A stretch of DNA of 64,000 bases from Alphaproteobacteria bacterium. GTDB taxonomy: Bacteria > Pseudomonadota > Alphaproteobacteria > CAAHEQ01 > UBA3637. The number at the start of each line of letters is the position of its first letter. The stretch's first letter is position 1. Shown in pieces: positions 19,833-29,354 of this stretch. Where the stretch lies: positions 65,429 through 129,428 of the forward strand of contig SUUS01000001.1 in assembly GCA_015062395.1 (NCBI GenBank), given 5' to 3'. The position numbers and the translations under genes are program-made. Below the pieces are notes generated by a model, which was given only the letters and a program-made list of their open reading frames with translations, searched no databases and was not told the DNA's origin.

Positions 19833-20577
19833 CTTGGTTTAAAATCCCTTCTAAAGTTGTACCTAAAATACTTAAATGTTCAGGAGACGATAATGCATGA
19901 TCACCTCCTTTAATCAAGTTAATTATCAAATCTTCAGAAGTCAATACGTCTTTAATTTTAAACGCTGTTTGATATGGAACTAAAACGTCTTTATCGCCTT
20001 GTAATAAACGAACAGGTCCATTGTAAAGCAAAGGATTATCTAAAATAAAGTGTTTTTCAGCATCCTGAAACATTTGATAGGTAAAACAATATCCTTTGGT
20101 TTCTTCGGATGGTCCTAAAACAACGCCTCCTTTTAAAGCCTCTTTATGCTGTTCTGATAACAAATTATTCCATATAAATTTGGTAAAATCAGGTCCTGGA
20201 GCCAATCCAATAAATGCATGAACCTTTTGTGGAACATGCTTGCACAAAAGCAAACCAATCCACCCTCCCATACTACTTCCCACAATTATTTGTGGCGTTG
20301 AAGTATATTTTTCCAAAACCTCTAATGCATCTTGTAAACAATGGCTAATCATAAAATCAGAAGGTTCTCCCCATGATTGACCATGAGCTGAAAAGTCAAA
20401 ACACAAATAAGATACCCCTTTTTTTTGAGCAAAAGCTTTCAAATAACGCCCTTTTTTACTTGTCATATTTGATAAAAGTCCATGCAGATACACAATCCCT
20501 GGACGAGAAGTATCCCCAGCAATAAAATCGACATTTAAAAACGTTCCATTTTGTTTTGTAAAAATTTCTGTTGTCAT
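19792..20577 (-). CDS. Alpha/beta hydrolase
   Basis: HGLLSN oxyanion region, nucleophile elbow GSSMGG, and C-terminal GGDHAL. Confidence 0.75.
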   Translation of the reverse strand: MTTEIFTKQNGTFLNVDFIAGDTSRPGIVYLHGLLSNMTSKKGRYLKAFAQKKGVSYLCFDFSAHGQSWGEPSDFMISHCLQDALEVLEKYTSTPQIIVGSSMGGWIGLLLCKHVPQKVHAFIGLAPGPDFTKFIWNNLLSEQHKEALKGGVVLGPSEETKGYCFTYQMFQDAEKHFILDNPLLYNGPVRLLQGDKDVLVPYQTAFKIKDVLTSEDLIINLIKGGDHALSSPEHLSILGTTLEGILNQDDNKNFAKGAVEK

Positions 20578-20649
20578 CTTAAAACCTTATACTTGAAAAT
20601 TTAAAATAAATATAAGATAATATAAAAAAATTAATAAGAAAATAATAAA

Positions 20650-21384
20650 ATGAAAAAAATAATTAAACTGATACGTTTTATTTTTGATATTCTATTACCA
20701 CCTCGTTGTTTGATTTGTGGCGAAATTGTCTATAAAGAAAATGGGCTGTGTGCAAAATGTTTTTCAAAAATAAACTTTTTATCAAATCAAAGTTGCCCAA
20801 TTTGTGGTCGTCCATACACATTCCCAATAGAAGATGGAAACACACTAATTTGTGGAAAATGTTTATCTAAACCACCTGTTCTACGGGGATTGAAGGCTGT
20901 TTTTGCTTATGATGATTTTTCTAAAAATCTTATTTTACCATTTAAACATGCTGACAGAACTGATTTAGTTCCATACTTAAGTAAATTAATGTTTAAACGA
21001 GGCAAAGAATTTTTTGAAGAAGCAGACTGTATTATCCCAGTTCCATTACATTGGAAAAGAAAGCTAAAACGAAAATATAATCAAGCTGCTTTATTGGCTC
21101 TTAACATCGAAAAATTAAGTCAAAAACCATGCCTGCTTAGTGTATTAAGCCGTCATCGATACCTAACTTCTCAAAAGAATAAAACAAGAAAAGAAAGATT
21201 GGAAAATATCAAAAATGCATTTAAAGTTAAAGATGCAAATTTGATAAAAAACAAAAAAATTGTTTTAATCGATGATGTATATACGACTGGTGCAACATTG
21301 AATGAATGTGCTCGTGTATTGTATAAAGCAGGAGCAAAAGATGTTGTAGCTGTCGTTATTGCAAGAGTTTGTTATTTTGAATAA
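20650..21384 (+). CDS. comF: ComF-family phosphoribosyltransferase-like protein
   Basis: N-terminal CxxC x4 zinc fingers (CLICG...CAKC...CPICG...CGKC) and a C-terminal PRTase motif IVLIDDVYTTGAT. Confidence 0.8.
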   Translation: MKKIIKLIRFIFDILLPPRCLICGEIVYKENGLCAKCFSKINFLSNQSCPICGRPYTFPIEDGNTLICGKCLSKPPVLRGLKAVFAYDDFSKNLILPFKHADRTDLVPYLSKLMFKRGKEFFEEADCIIPVPLHWKRKLKRKYNQAALLALNIEKLSQKPCLLSVLSRHRYLTSQKNKTRKERLENIKNAFKVKDANLIKNKKIVLIDDVYTTGATLNECARVLYKAGAKDVVAVVIARVCYFE

Positions 21385-21437
21385 AAACAAATAGTTAAAG
21401 ATATAAGTTAAAGTTAAAGTTAAAGTTTAACTTTATG

Positions 21438-21890
21438 TTATAACGCAGATAATAAATCCAAAGCACCCTGTAAAATATAAGCTGCAGCAACTTTATCTAA
21501 TACTTCTTTTTGTCGTTTTCTGGATAAGTCAGCTTCTTGAGTTAAAACATAAGATGCCACAGACGATGAAAAACGTTCATCCCAAAACAAAACTGGTTTT
21601 TGCGTTTTTTGAGATAAAATTTCAGCCCATTCTCTGGTTAATTTTGCTTGCGAACCTTCTAGTCCATTCATTTGTTTTGGTAAACCAACAATAAATCCTG
21701 AAATTTGCCTGTCTGATAACAAGATTTCTAATTCCTTCATCGAATGAACAATCCCTAATGGAGTTGCGCTCATCCACATTAAATCTGAAACAGCTACACC
21801 GATTCGTTTAATACCATAATCAATACCAACTAACTGCGTCATTGGTTTTAATTGTTTTTTAAAATCAACAGGTATTTCAAAAACAGACAT
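21438..21890 (-). CDS. ruvX: YqgF/RuvX putative pre-16S rRNA nuclease
   Basis: VGIDYGIKRIGVAVSD...GFIVGLP...WDERFSS. Confidence 0.85.
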   Translation of the reverse strand: MSVFEIPVDFKKQLKPMTQLVGIDYGIKRIGVAVSDLMWMSATPLGIVHSMKELEILLSDRQISGFIVGLPKQMNGLEGSQAKLTREWAEILSQKTQKPVLFWDERFSSSVASYVLTQEADLSRKRQKEVLDKVAAAYILQGALDLLSAL

Positions 21891-21893
21891 TTG

Positions 21894-22748
21894 TTATCTT
21901 TCATATCCTTGACAAGCAAGAAGCTGTCTCATCCACATTTTCTTTTGAGATAAAGTCGGAAGCACCCTCAATTCATGTAAAATATGACGTCTGGTTTTAT
22001 CGTCTTTTTTAGAATGCCGTTGATGAGAAACTAAAAAACGCTGTAATTTTTCAGGATTATTTGTTCGCATTAATAAACGATTTTGATCTAAATAATCGCA
22101 ATAAGAAATACTACCATCGGTATTGAAATAGGTTTTAATAGAAACATCTTTTAAATTTTTTGGCTTAAAAACAGAATAAATTAAACGACCGTTTTGGTAT
22201 CCCTTTACTTGTTGAAAGGATACTTCTTTAAACCTTAAAGGCAAGTTTCTTGTTGAGGTTTCTTCAAGTACATTTCCTTGTTCATCATAACGAACAGCAT
22301 CGAAGTTTCCTTTACTTCTTTGCTTTTTTTCTTTTTCAAGAATGCGACCATTTACATTAAAAAAGTATGTCAAAATATAATCATCATGAAAAAAACGTTC
22401 TGATAAAATATAATTCTTGTGTTTATCTCTGTCACACAGTTGTTCTACTTCATAGATTTTCTTTCCTAATTGGTCATAAAAAACATCTAGCTGGACAAGA
22501 TTTTTATTTTGATCAACCCTTCTATAAGACCACAATCCAATTTTAGTGCATCTTTGTCCATCTGAATACTTACCTTCTTCTGCGATGTATTTTCCATCGT
22601 TTGTATAGCGTACGTACTTTACTTCTCCATTTGCTAGAGTTTCAAACGTTTTATACCTTATTTTTCGACCAACAGGAAAAATCCCCCAGCATGGCTGTAA
22701 ATAATAGGTAGTTAAATTGCCATTTTTCTCCACAAGTTTTCTTTTCAT
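21894..22748 (-). CDS. Repeat protein, MORN/YwqK-like
   Basis: Recurrent G-x-Y/W...G...G-type beta-hairpin repeats (YTNDGKYIAEEGKYSDGQRCTKIGLWSYRR and others). Start moved to the ATG at 22748, which has a GGAG upstream. Confidence 0.4.
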   Translation of the reverse strand: MKRKLVEKNGNLTTYYLQPCWGIFPVGRKIRYKTFETLANGEVKYVRYTNDGKYIAEEGKYSDGQRCTKIGLWSYRRVDQNKNLVQLDVFYDQLGKKIYEVEQLCDRDKHKNYILSERFFHDDYILTYFFNVNGRILEKEKKQRSKGNFDAVRYDEQGNVLEETSTRNLPLRFKEVSFQQVKGYQNGRLIYSVFKPKNLKDVSIKTYFNTDGSISYCDYLDQNRLLMRTNNPEKLQRFLVSHQRHSKKDDKTRRHILHELRVLPTLSQKKMWMRQLLACQGYER

Positions 22749-22877
22749 AGTATCTCCAAAATTCTCTGCTATCATACAGGAATTATTTTTTTTGTCAAGT
22801 ATTTATTCAATAAAAAGCTTGTAATTATATTTTTTTTAAATTACTATAAAACAAATCATCAAATATAAGGATTTAAA

Positions 22878-23318
22878 ATGTTAAATAAAAATATCATTAT
22901 TGCCTCTGATCACGCTGGTTTTTTACTAAAAAATCAACTGGTTGCTTATTTAAAAGAAAATGCTTATAAAGTCTTGGATTTAGGAACAAACGACTCTCAA
23001 AACAGCGTTGACTATCCAGTGAAGGCTCAAGAGTTGGCTCATGAACTGGAAAAAAGCACAGAAAACATTGGGATTTTGGTTTGTGGTTCTGGAATTGGTA
23101 TGTGCATAGCAATTAACCGTTTTCCTTTTGCCAGAGGTGCTTTAGTATATGAGGTAGAAGCTGCTAAATTAGCAAGACAACACAATAATGCAAATGTTTT
23201 ATGTTTAGGTGGCAGAATGACAGATTTTGAAACAGCTAAACAATTAGTTGACACTTTTTTAACGACCCCTTTTGAAGGTGGTCGCCACGAACGTAGAGTT
23301 TCACAATTAGGAGGTTAA
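22878..23318 (+). CDS. rpiB: Ribose-5-phosphate isomerase B
   Basis: [10 protein letters not shown]...[17 protein letters not shown]...[12 protein letters not shown]. Confidence 0.88.
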   Translation: MLNKNIIIASDHAGFLLKNQLVAYLKENAYKVLDLGTNDSQNSVDYPVKAQELAHELEKSTENIGILVCGSGIGMCIAINRFPFARGALVYEVEAAKLARQHNNANVLCLGGRMTDFETAKQLVDTFLTTPFEGGRHERRVSQLGG

Positions 23319-23319
23319 A

Positions 23320-24621
23320 ATGACTTGCAACTGCACACATCACTGCGATACAAAAGATTTCTTTTATGAAACACTAAAGGAAAGGGATCCACAAATAGCG
23401 CGTTTAATTCAAAAAGAACTTTGGCGTCAACAAGATCACATAGAACTCATTGCTTCTGAAAATATTGTTTCGGAAGCTGTTTTACAAGCTCAAGGTTCAA
23501 TTTTAACAAATAAATATGCTGAAGGATATTCTGCACATCGTTATTATCATGGTTGCGAATTTATCGATGAAATAGAAACTTTAGCAATAGAACGAGCAAA
23601 AAAATTATTTAACTGTGAATTTGCAAATGTTCAACCCAATTCGGGTTCTCAAGCAAATCAGGCTGTTTATTTAGCTTTACTGCAACCAGGCGACACTTTA
23701 ATGGGAATGAGTTTAGATGCAGGTGGTCATTTAACTCATGGTGCAAGAGTTTCAAGTTCTGGTAAATTTTATAATGCAGTTCAATATGGTGTCAATGAAA
23801 AAGGGTTAATTGACTATGATGAAGTTGAAAAATTAGCTATCGAAAACAAACCCAAATTAATTATTGCAGGAGGTTCTGCGTACGCAAGGATTATTGATTT
23901 TAAACGTTTCAGAACTATTGCAGATAAAGTTGGTGCAAAATTAATGGTTGATATGGCTCATTTTGCTGGATTGGTTGCAGGTAATCAATACCCTTCCCCA
24001 TTGCCTTATGCTGATGTTGTGACAACGACGACCCATAAAACATTAAGAGGACCTAGAGGGGGGATGATTTTAACAAACGATGCAGATATTGCAAAAAAAA
24101 TTAATTCTGCTGTATTTCCAGGTTTACAAGGTGGTCCATTAGAACACGTTATCGCGGGAAAAGCTGTTGCTTTTGGAGAAGCTCTAAAACCAGATTTTGC
24201 AGAATATGCAGAGCAAATTATCCAAAATGCAAAAAGTTTAGAAAAAACACTCGCAGAACGTGAAATTGATATGGTCACAGGTGGGACTGATACGCATTTA
24301 ATTTTAATTGATTTGCGTTCCAAAGGTTTAAAAGGAAATGAAGTTTGCGATTCCTTAGCAAGAGCGCACATCGTTTGCAATAAAAATGCTGTACCTAACG
24401 ACCCACAAAAACCAAGCATAACATCAGGATTAAGAATTGGCACACCTGCTGGAACAACACGTGGTTTTGGAATTTATGAATTTGAGGATATTGCCGAAAT
24501 GATAGCAGACATTATTGATGGAATGAAATTGTCTCCTGAAGATAATTCTGTTATGGAAGCAATCGTTCGACAAAAAGCTTCAGAATTATGCTCTACTTTT
24601 CCAATTTATCCAAATAAATAG
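23320..24621 (+). CDS. glyA: Serine hydroxymethyltransferase
   Basis: [10 protein letters not shown]...[15 protein letters not shown] (PLP lysine motif). Confidence 0.93.
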   Translation: MTCNCTHHCDTKDFFYETLKERDPQIARLIQKELWRQQDHIELIASENIVSEAVLQAQGSILTNKYAEGYSAHRYYHGCEFIDEIETLAIERAKKLFNCEFANVQPNSGSQANQAVYLALLQPGDTLMGMSLDAGGHLTHGARVSSSGKFYNAVQYGVNEKGLIDYDEVEKLAIENKPKLIIAGGSAYARIIDFKRFRTIADKVGAKLMVDMAHFAGLVAGNQYPSPLPYADVVTTTTHKTLRGPRGGMILTNDADIAKKINSAVFPGLQGGPLEHVIAGKAVAFGEALKPDFAEYAEQIIQNAKSLEKTLAEREIDMVTGGTDTHLILIDLRSKGLKGNEVCDSLARAHIVCNKNAVPNDPQKPSITSGLRIGTPAGTTRGFGIYEFEDIAEMIADIIDGMKLSPEDNSVMEAIVRQKASELCSTFPIYPNK

Positions 24622-24629
24622 GAGTATTC

Positions 24630-25088
24630 ATGCGTTGCCCTTTTTGTCACAGTGAAGATAGTCAAGTAAAAGACAGCCGAACAGCTGAAGATGGTTCAGC
24701 AATTCGAAGAAGACGTGTCTGTACAGTATGTAATGCCAGATTTACAACTTTTGAACGCGTTCAATTAAGAGAGTTAACAGTTGTCAAAAAAAACAACTTT
24801 AAAGTTCCTTTTGATCGGGATAAGCTTTCTAAATCTTTGCATATTGCGACCAGAAAGCGCCCAGTTGAAATGAAACAAGTTGAAAATTTAGTAAATCAAA
24901 TACAACGTCAGTTGGAAGAACTTGGTGAAACAGAAATAACATCAACTCAAATCGGTACGCTTGCTATGTCTGGACTTTTAAAACTTGACAAAGTTGCTTA
25001 TATTCGGTATGCTTCTGTTTATCGAAATTTTAGCGAAACAAAAGATTTTGAAGAATTTATTAGACCTTTATTAGAAGAAGAAAATTAA
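24630..25088 (+). CDS. nrdR: Transcriptional repressor NrdR
   Basis: [17 protein letters not shown]...[17 protein letters not shown] zinc ribbon plus an ATP-cone. Confidence 0.92.
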   Translation: MRCPFCHSEDSQVKDSRTAEDGSAIRRRRVCTVCNARFTTFERVQLRELTVVKKNNFKVPFDRDKLSKSLHIATRKRPVEMKQVENLVNQIQRQLEELGETEITSTQIGTLAMSGLLKLDKVAYIRYASVYRNFSETKDFEEFIRPLLEEEN

Positions 25089-25089
25089 A

Positions 25090-25575
25090 ATGACACAAAT
25101 ATCAAAAACACAAAAATTTACAAATGCTCGATTAAACGCAATTCAAGCGCTATACGCCTCTGAATTTTCCGATAAACCAATAGCAAAAATTATTTTTCAA
25201 TTTTTAAATGGAGAAATTGGAAAAAATATTCTTTATGAAAATGAAAAAGGGAAGGAAGAGTTCCTTCCTTTGACTGATATGGATAATGAATTGTTTGCAC
25301 AAATTGTCCAAGAAGCTACATCAAGAAAAGAGGATTTGGATAAGATAATTTTAGAAGCTGTTTCTACAGGCTGGAAAAATGACAGATTAGAAGTTTTACT
25401 ACAATCCATTTTACGAGCAGGATTGGCTGAATTTTTCGTAAATACGAATTTAGATGCACCGATTATTATTAATGAATATACAGATATTACACGCTCTTTT
25501 TATGAGGGAGCCGAAATTAATTTAGTAAATGCGATTTTAAATAAATTCGCTAATATAATTAAAGGGAAAGAATAA
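25090..25575 (+). CDS. nusB: Transcription antitermination factor NusB
   Basis: ARLNAIQALY...NDRLEVLLQSILRAGLAEF. Conserved position after nrdR. Confidence 0.8.
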   Translation: MTQISKTQKFTNARLNAIQALYASEFSDKPIAKIIFQFLNGEIGKNILYENEKGKEEFLPLTDMDNELFAQIVQEATSRKEDLDKIILEAVSTGWKNDRLEVLLQSILRAGLAEFFVNTNLDAPIIINEYTDITRSFYEGAEINLVNAILNKFANIIKGKE

Positions 25576-25842
25576 CACTTTCTACAAATAGGTTGAAAAA
25601 TATGTTTCTATTTTGGTAGGAACATATTTTTTTGTGCTTTATCAAAATATACATCAGTTTTGCTTTAAATTAAATTCATTATTAAATTAAAATATCTAAA
25701 AAAGTACTTGCAAAGGGAAAAAAAACGTGCTAATAATTCCTTGTTTTAAAAGAATTCATGTTCCGAAAGTTTTAGGAATTTTATTTCATACATTTCGGAA
25801 ATGTTTTTTTGTTTGTTTAATTTAAAGAAAGGATAATTATCC

Positions 25843-28500
25843 ATGACAAAATGGGTTTATACGTTTGGTGACGGCATTGCTGAAGGCCGTGCTGATATGA
25901 AAAACCTGTTGGGCGGTAAAGGTGCTAACTTGGCAGAAATGTCAAGTATTGGTGTTCCAGTTCCTCCAGGTTTCACAATTACAACAGAAGTTTGTACATA
26001 CTTTTATGATAACAACAAAACTTATCCAACAGAATTAAAAGATCAAGTTAATGCTGCTTTGGCTGGTATTGAAGCTAAAATGGGCAAAAAATTTGGAGAT
26101 GCTGAAAATCCTTTGTTGTTCTCTGTTCGTTCAGGCGCTCGTGTTTCAATGCCTGGTATGATGGACACAGTTTTAAACTTGGGTTTAAATGATGAAACAG
26201 TTAAAGGTTTAGCTAAAGTTTCTGGTAATGAAAAATTTGCTTACGACTCTTACCGTCGTTTCATCCAAATGTATGGTGATGTTGTTATGGGCGTTCATTC
26301 CGACAATTTCGAACATGTTTTGGATAAAGTTCGTGAAGAAAACGGATATAAATTTGACAACCAAATGACAGTTGAACAATTAAAAGATGTAATTGCTCAG
26401 TTCAAAAAAATCTGTGATGACGCAGGTAAGCCATTGCCACAAGACCCTCAAACTCAATTATGGGGTGCTATTGGGGCTGTTTTTGGTTCTTGGATGATCG
26501 ATCGCGCTATCACATATCGTAAATTAAACAACATTCCAGGAAACTGGGGTACAGCTGTTAACGTTCAAACGATGGTTTTCGGTAACAGTGGCGACAATTC
26601 AGCTACAGGTGTTTGCTTCTCTCGCGACCCAGCAACTGGTGAAAATTATTTCTATGGTGAATACTTGAAGAACGCTCAAGGTGAAGACGTTGTTGCAGGT
26701 ATTCGTACACCACAACCAATGACAAAATTGGTTAAAGAACGTTCTGGTACAGATATGCCTTGCATGGAAGAAGAATTCCCAGAATTGTTCAAAGAATTAT
26801 CTGATATTCGTGCAAAATTAGAAGCTCATTACAAAGACATGCAAGATATGGAATTTACTATTCAAGATGGTAAATTGTGGATGTTGCAAACACGTAATGG
26901 TAAACGCACAGGTACAGCTGCTTTACGCATTGCTGTTGAAATGGTTAAAGAAGGTTTAATCGACAAGAAAACAGCTATTATGCGTGTTGAAGCTGGTCAA
27001 GTTGATCAATTATTACATCCAATGTTTGATAAAGGGGCAAAGAAAAACGTTGTTGCTCGTGGTTTGCCTGCATCTCCAGGTGCTGCTGTTGGTCAAATCG
27101 TTTTCTCTGCTGCCGATGCAGAAACATGGGCTGAACAAGGTAAAAAAGTTGTTTTGGTTCGTATTGAAACATCTCCAGAAGATATTTCTGGTATGCACGT
27201 TGCTCAAGGTATCTTGACAGCTCGTGGTGGCATGACATCTCACGCAGCCGTTGTTGCTCGTGGTATGGGTAAACCATGTGTTTCTGGAGTTCCAGAATTG
27301 CGCATCGACTATGCTGGCAAATTCTTGAAAATCGGTGACTTGATTATGAAAGAAGGCGACATGATTTCCATCGATGGTTCTACTGGTGAAGTTATGGAAG
27401 GCGCTTTGAATTTAGTTTTACCAGAAATGACAGGAAATTTCGGTGAATTTATGGGATGGGTTGATGAAATTCGTAAATTGCGCGTTCGTGCAAATGCTGA
27501 AACTCCAAAAGATGCTCAAACAGCTCGTCAATTTGGTGCTGAAGGTATTGGTTTGTGCCGTACAGAACATATGTTCTTTGACCCAAGCCGTATTAACCAC
27601 ATGCGTGAAATGATTTTGGCAAAAACAGAAGCAGACCGTCGTGTTGCTTTAGATAAATTGTTGCCATATCAACGCAATGACTTTGTTGAATTATTCAAAA
27701 TTATGGAAGGTTTACCTGTCACAATTCGCTTGTTAGACCCACCTTTGCATGAATTCTTGCCTCATAAGCATGAAGAACAAGTAGAAATTGCTCAAGAATT
27801 GGGTGTATCTGTTGAAGAAATTCAAGCACGTACAGCTCAATTACACGAAGCAAACCCAATGTTAGGTTTACGTGGTTGCCGTTTAGCTGTTGTATTCCCA
27901 GAAATTTGTGAAATGCAAACACGCGCAATCATTGAAGCTGCTTTAGAAGTTTCTGCACAAGGCATGAAAGTAATTCCTGAAATCGAAGTTCCTTTGATTT
28001 CTTCAAAGAAAGAATTGGAAATCTGCAAAAAGATTATCGACGATACTGCTGAAAAAGTTTTTGCTGAAAAAGGCGCTAAAGTTGAATACTTCGTTGGTAC
28101 AATGATTGAATTGCCTCGTGCAGCTTTATTGGCTGATGAAATCGCTGAAATCGCAGACTTCTTCGAATTTGGTACAAACGACTTAACTCAAACAACTTTG
28201 GGTATGAGCCGTGACGATGCTGGTGCATTCTTACCAAAATATGTAGAAAAAACAATTTACGAACGCGATCCTTTCCAATCTTTGGATACAACTGGTGTTG
28301 GTAAATTAGTTGCAATGGCTTGCCAAGATGGACGCAGCACAAATAAAGAATTATATTTGAGTATTTGTGGCGAACATGGTGGTGACCCAGCTTCTATCAT
28401 GTATTTGAATAAGTATTTAGACGGTGTTTCTTGTTCTCCATATCGTGTTCCTATTGCACGTTTGGCAGCAGCTCAAGCAGCCGTTAAAGATGAACAATAA
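25843..28500 (+). CDS. ppdK: Pyruvate, phosphate dikinase
   Basis: 885 aa. GGKGANLAEM, phospho-histidine motif GGMTSHAAVVARG, and GLCRTEHMF. Confidence 0.95.
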   Translation: MTKWVYTFGDGIAEGRADMKNLLGGKGANLAEMSSIGVPVPPGFTITTEVCTYFYDNNKTYPTELKDQVNAALAGIEAKMGKKFGDAENPLLFSVRSGARVSMPGMMDTVLNLGLNDETVKGLAKVSGNEKFAYDSYRRFIQMYGDVVMGVHSDNFEHVLDKVREENGYKFDNQMTVEQLKDVIAQFKKICDDAGKPLPQDPQTQLWGAIGAVFGSWMIDRAITYRKLNNIPGNWGTAVNVQTMVFGNSGDNSATGVCFSRDPATGENYFYGEYLKNAQGEDVVAGIRTPQPMTKLVKERSGTDMPCMEEEFPELFKELSDIRAKLEAHYKDMQDMEFTIQDGKLWMLQTRNGKRTGTAALRIAVEMVKEGLIDKKTAIMRVEAGQVDQLLHPMFDKGAKKNVVARGLPASPGAAVGQIVFSAADAETWAEQGKKVVLVRIETSPEDISGMHVAQGILTARGGMTSHAAVVARGMGKPCVSGVPELRIDYAGKFLKIGDLIMKEGDMISIDGSTGEVMEGALNLVLPEMTGNFGEFMGWVDEIRKLRVRANAETPKDAQTARQFGAEGIGLCRTEHMFFDPSRINHMREMILAKTEADRRVALDKLLPYQRNDFVELFKIMEGLPVTIRLLDPPLHEFLPHKHEEQVEIAQELGVSVEEIQARTAQLHEANPMLGLRGCRLAVVFPEICEMQTRAIIEAALEVSAQGMKVIPEIEVPLISSKKELEICKKIIDDTAEKVFAEKGAKVEYFVGTMIELPRAALLADEIAEIADFFEFGTNDLTQTTLGMSRDDAGAFLPKYVEKTIYERDPFQSLDTTGVGKLVAMACQDGRSTNKELYLSICGEHGGDPASIMYLNKYLDGVSCSPYRVPIARLAAAQAAVKDEQ

Positions 28501-28519
28501 TAAATTTGTTTAGCTGAAA

Positions 28520-28550
28520 ATATCCCGATCCACGATCGGGATATTTTTTT
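28520..28550 (+). terminator. Rho-independent terminator after ppdK
   Basis: ATATCCCGATC (28520-28530) pairs with GATCGGGATAT (28534-28544), then T7. Confidence 0.75.
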
Positions 28551-28642
28551 ATGAAGAAAAAAAAATAAAAACGCTTGACAAATTTTATTTTTTATTATAG
28601 TATAAAGTTTTTTAAGATAACTCGATGAAAGGAAACTGAAAA

Positions 28643-29019
28643 ATGGCTATTGCAGATGCAATCGAAACAAAAGGTGTTTTATGGGTAGTACATGAAGATG
28701 GATACATTACCCGTAAAACAGGTAATTATACAGAAGAAAAAGCTCCAGAATTGTTTTCGTATCCTAAAAGACCAGAGATAAAGCCCGAAGAAATGATAGC
28801 CCATACTTTAAATGGTGAGGTTGTTTGCCGAGATACTGAAGATGGAAAATTGCCATCTGGTTATCTGCGTGCGAAGATATTGAACAACAAAACGCTTTAT
28901 ATGCTGCTCAATGGAATAAATTAAGAAAACAAAAACTGCGTAGAATAGTTTCTTCTTATAGAAGACAACAAATAAAAGAATTTATTTCTCGCGTTTTTAG
29001 AAAAGAAAACACTAGATAA
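28643..29019 (+). pseudogene. Hypothetical small gene split by an apparent 1-nt frameshift
   Basis: The ORF 28643-28924 stops at 28924. A second frame with no start codon is open from 28840 to the TAA at 29017-29019 (…EDIEQQNALYAAQWNKLRKQKLRRIVSSYRRQQIKEFISRVFRKENTR). That frame ends just before the terminator at 29025-29052. Confidence 0.3.
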
Positions 29020-29024
29020 AATTA

Positions 29025-29052
29025 AAAACTCTGCATTTAGCAGAGTTTTTTT
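29025..29052 (+). terminator. Rho-independent terminator
   Basis: CTCTGC (29029-29034) pairs with GCAGAG (29040-29045), then T7. Confidence 0.65.
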
Positions 29053-29077
29053 ATAATTAATCAGAATAGATTATAAG

Positions 29078-29099
29078 GAAAAAGCCCTCTTTCGAGGGC
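29078..29099 (-). terminator. Rho-independent terminator for the DUF465 gene
   Basis: GCCCTC (29084-29089) pairs with GAGGGC (29094-29099). A T-run follows on the minus strand (complement of A5 at 29079-29083). Confidence 0.6.
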
Positions 29100-29106
29100 T
29101 TTAAAA

Positions 29107-29280
29107 TTATTTTTCTAAAGCTGTAATTTCTTCTTTCAATTTAAGCTTTTGTTTTTTCCATTCTTGAATAGATATTTCATTTGGTGCAGGACGAGCCATT
29201 TCTTCTTCAATCATAACATCCAAAGCATGATGTTTTTCTTTTAATGCTTGTAAGTGTTTATCTTGTTTTTCTGTATTCAT
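29107..29280 (-). CDS. DUF465 (YdcH-like) small protein, 57 aa, below the ORF-track cutoff
   Basis: My own translation is MNTEKQDKHLQALKEKHHALDVMIEEEMARPAPNEISIQEWKKQKLKLKEEITALEK. This fits the DUF465 pattern (H..LD..I......D..I...KK.KL.LKDEI). It has its own terminator. Confidence 0.6.
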   Translation of the reverse strand: MNTEKQDKHLQALKEKHHALDVMIEEEMARPAPNEISIQEWKKQKLKLKEEITALEK

Positions 29281-29354
29281 TTTGTACTCCTTTATCTTTT
29301 AAACCATAATATAGTATAGATAAGCATTTTTAAAAATGCAATACCTTTTTAAAT

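Noticed and set aside
21394-21437. Short tandem GTTAAA repeats (three perfect copies at 21407-24 plus degenerate flanking copies) between comF and ruvX
   Set aside because: Only about 30 bp, AT-rich and with no spacers, so it is not CRISPR-like. It is most simply a low-complexity intergenic tract with a weak AT hairpin acting as a terminator region.
25761-25810. Hairpin TTCCGAAA/TTTCGGAA followed by a T-run in the ppdK 5' region, considered as an attenuator or riboswitch terminator
   Set aside because: The stem is only 8 bp with a 24-nt loop, and I could find no alternative pairing or known aptamer motif. It is too weak to call.
23039-28342. Antisense or off-frame ORFs inside rpiB, glyA and ppdK (for example 24006-24443, 26978-27277, 27013-27243, 28076-28342)
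   Set aside because: They are shadow ORFs within highly conserved genes. The ppdK region has strong codon bias, which keeps alternative frames open by chance.
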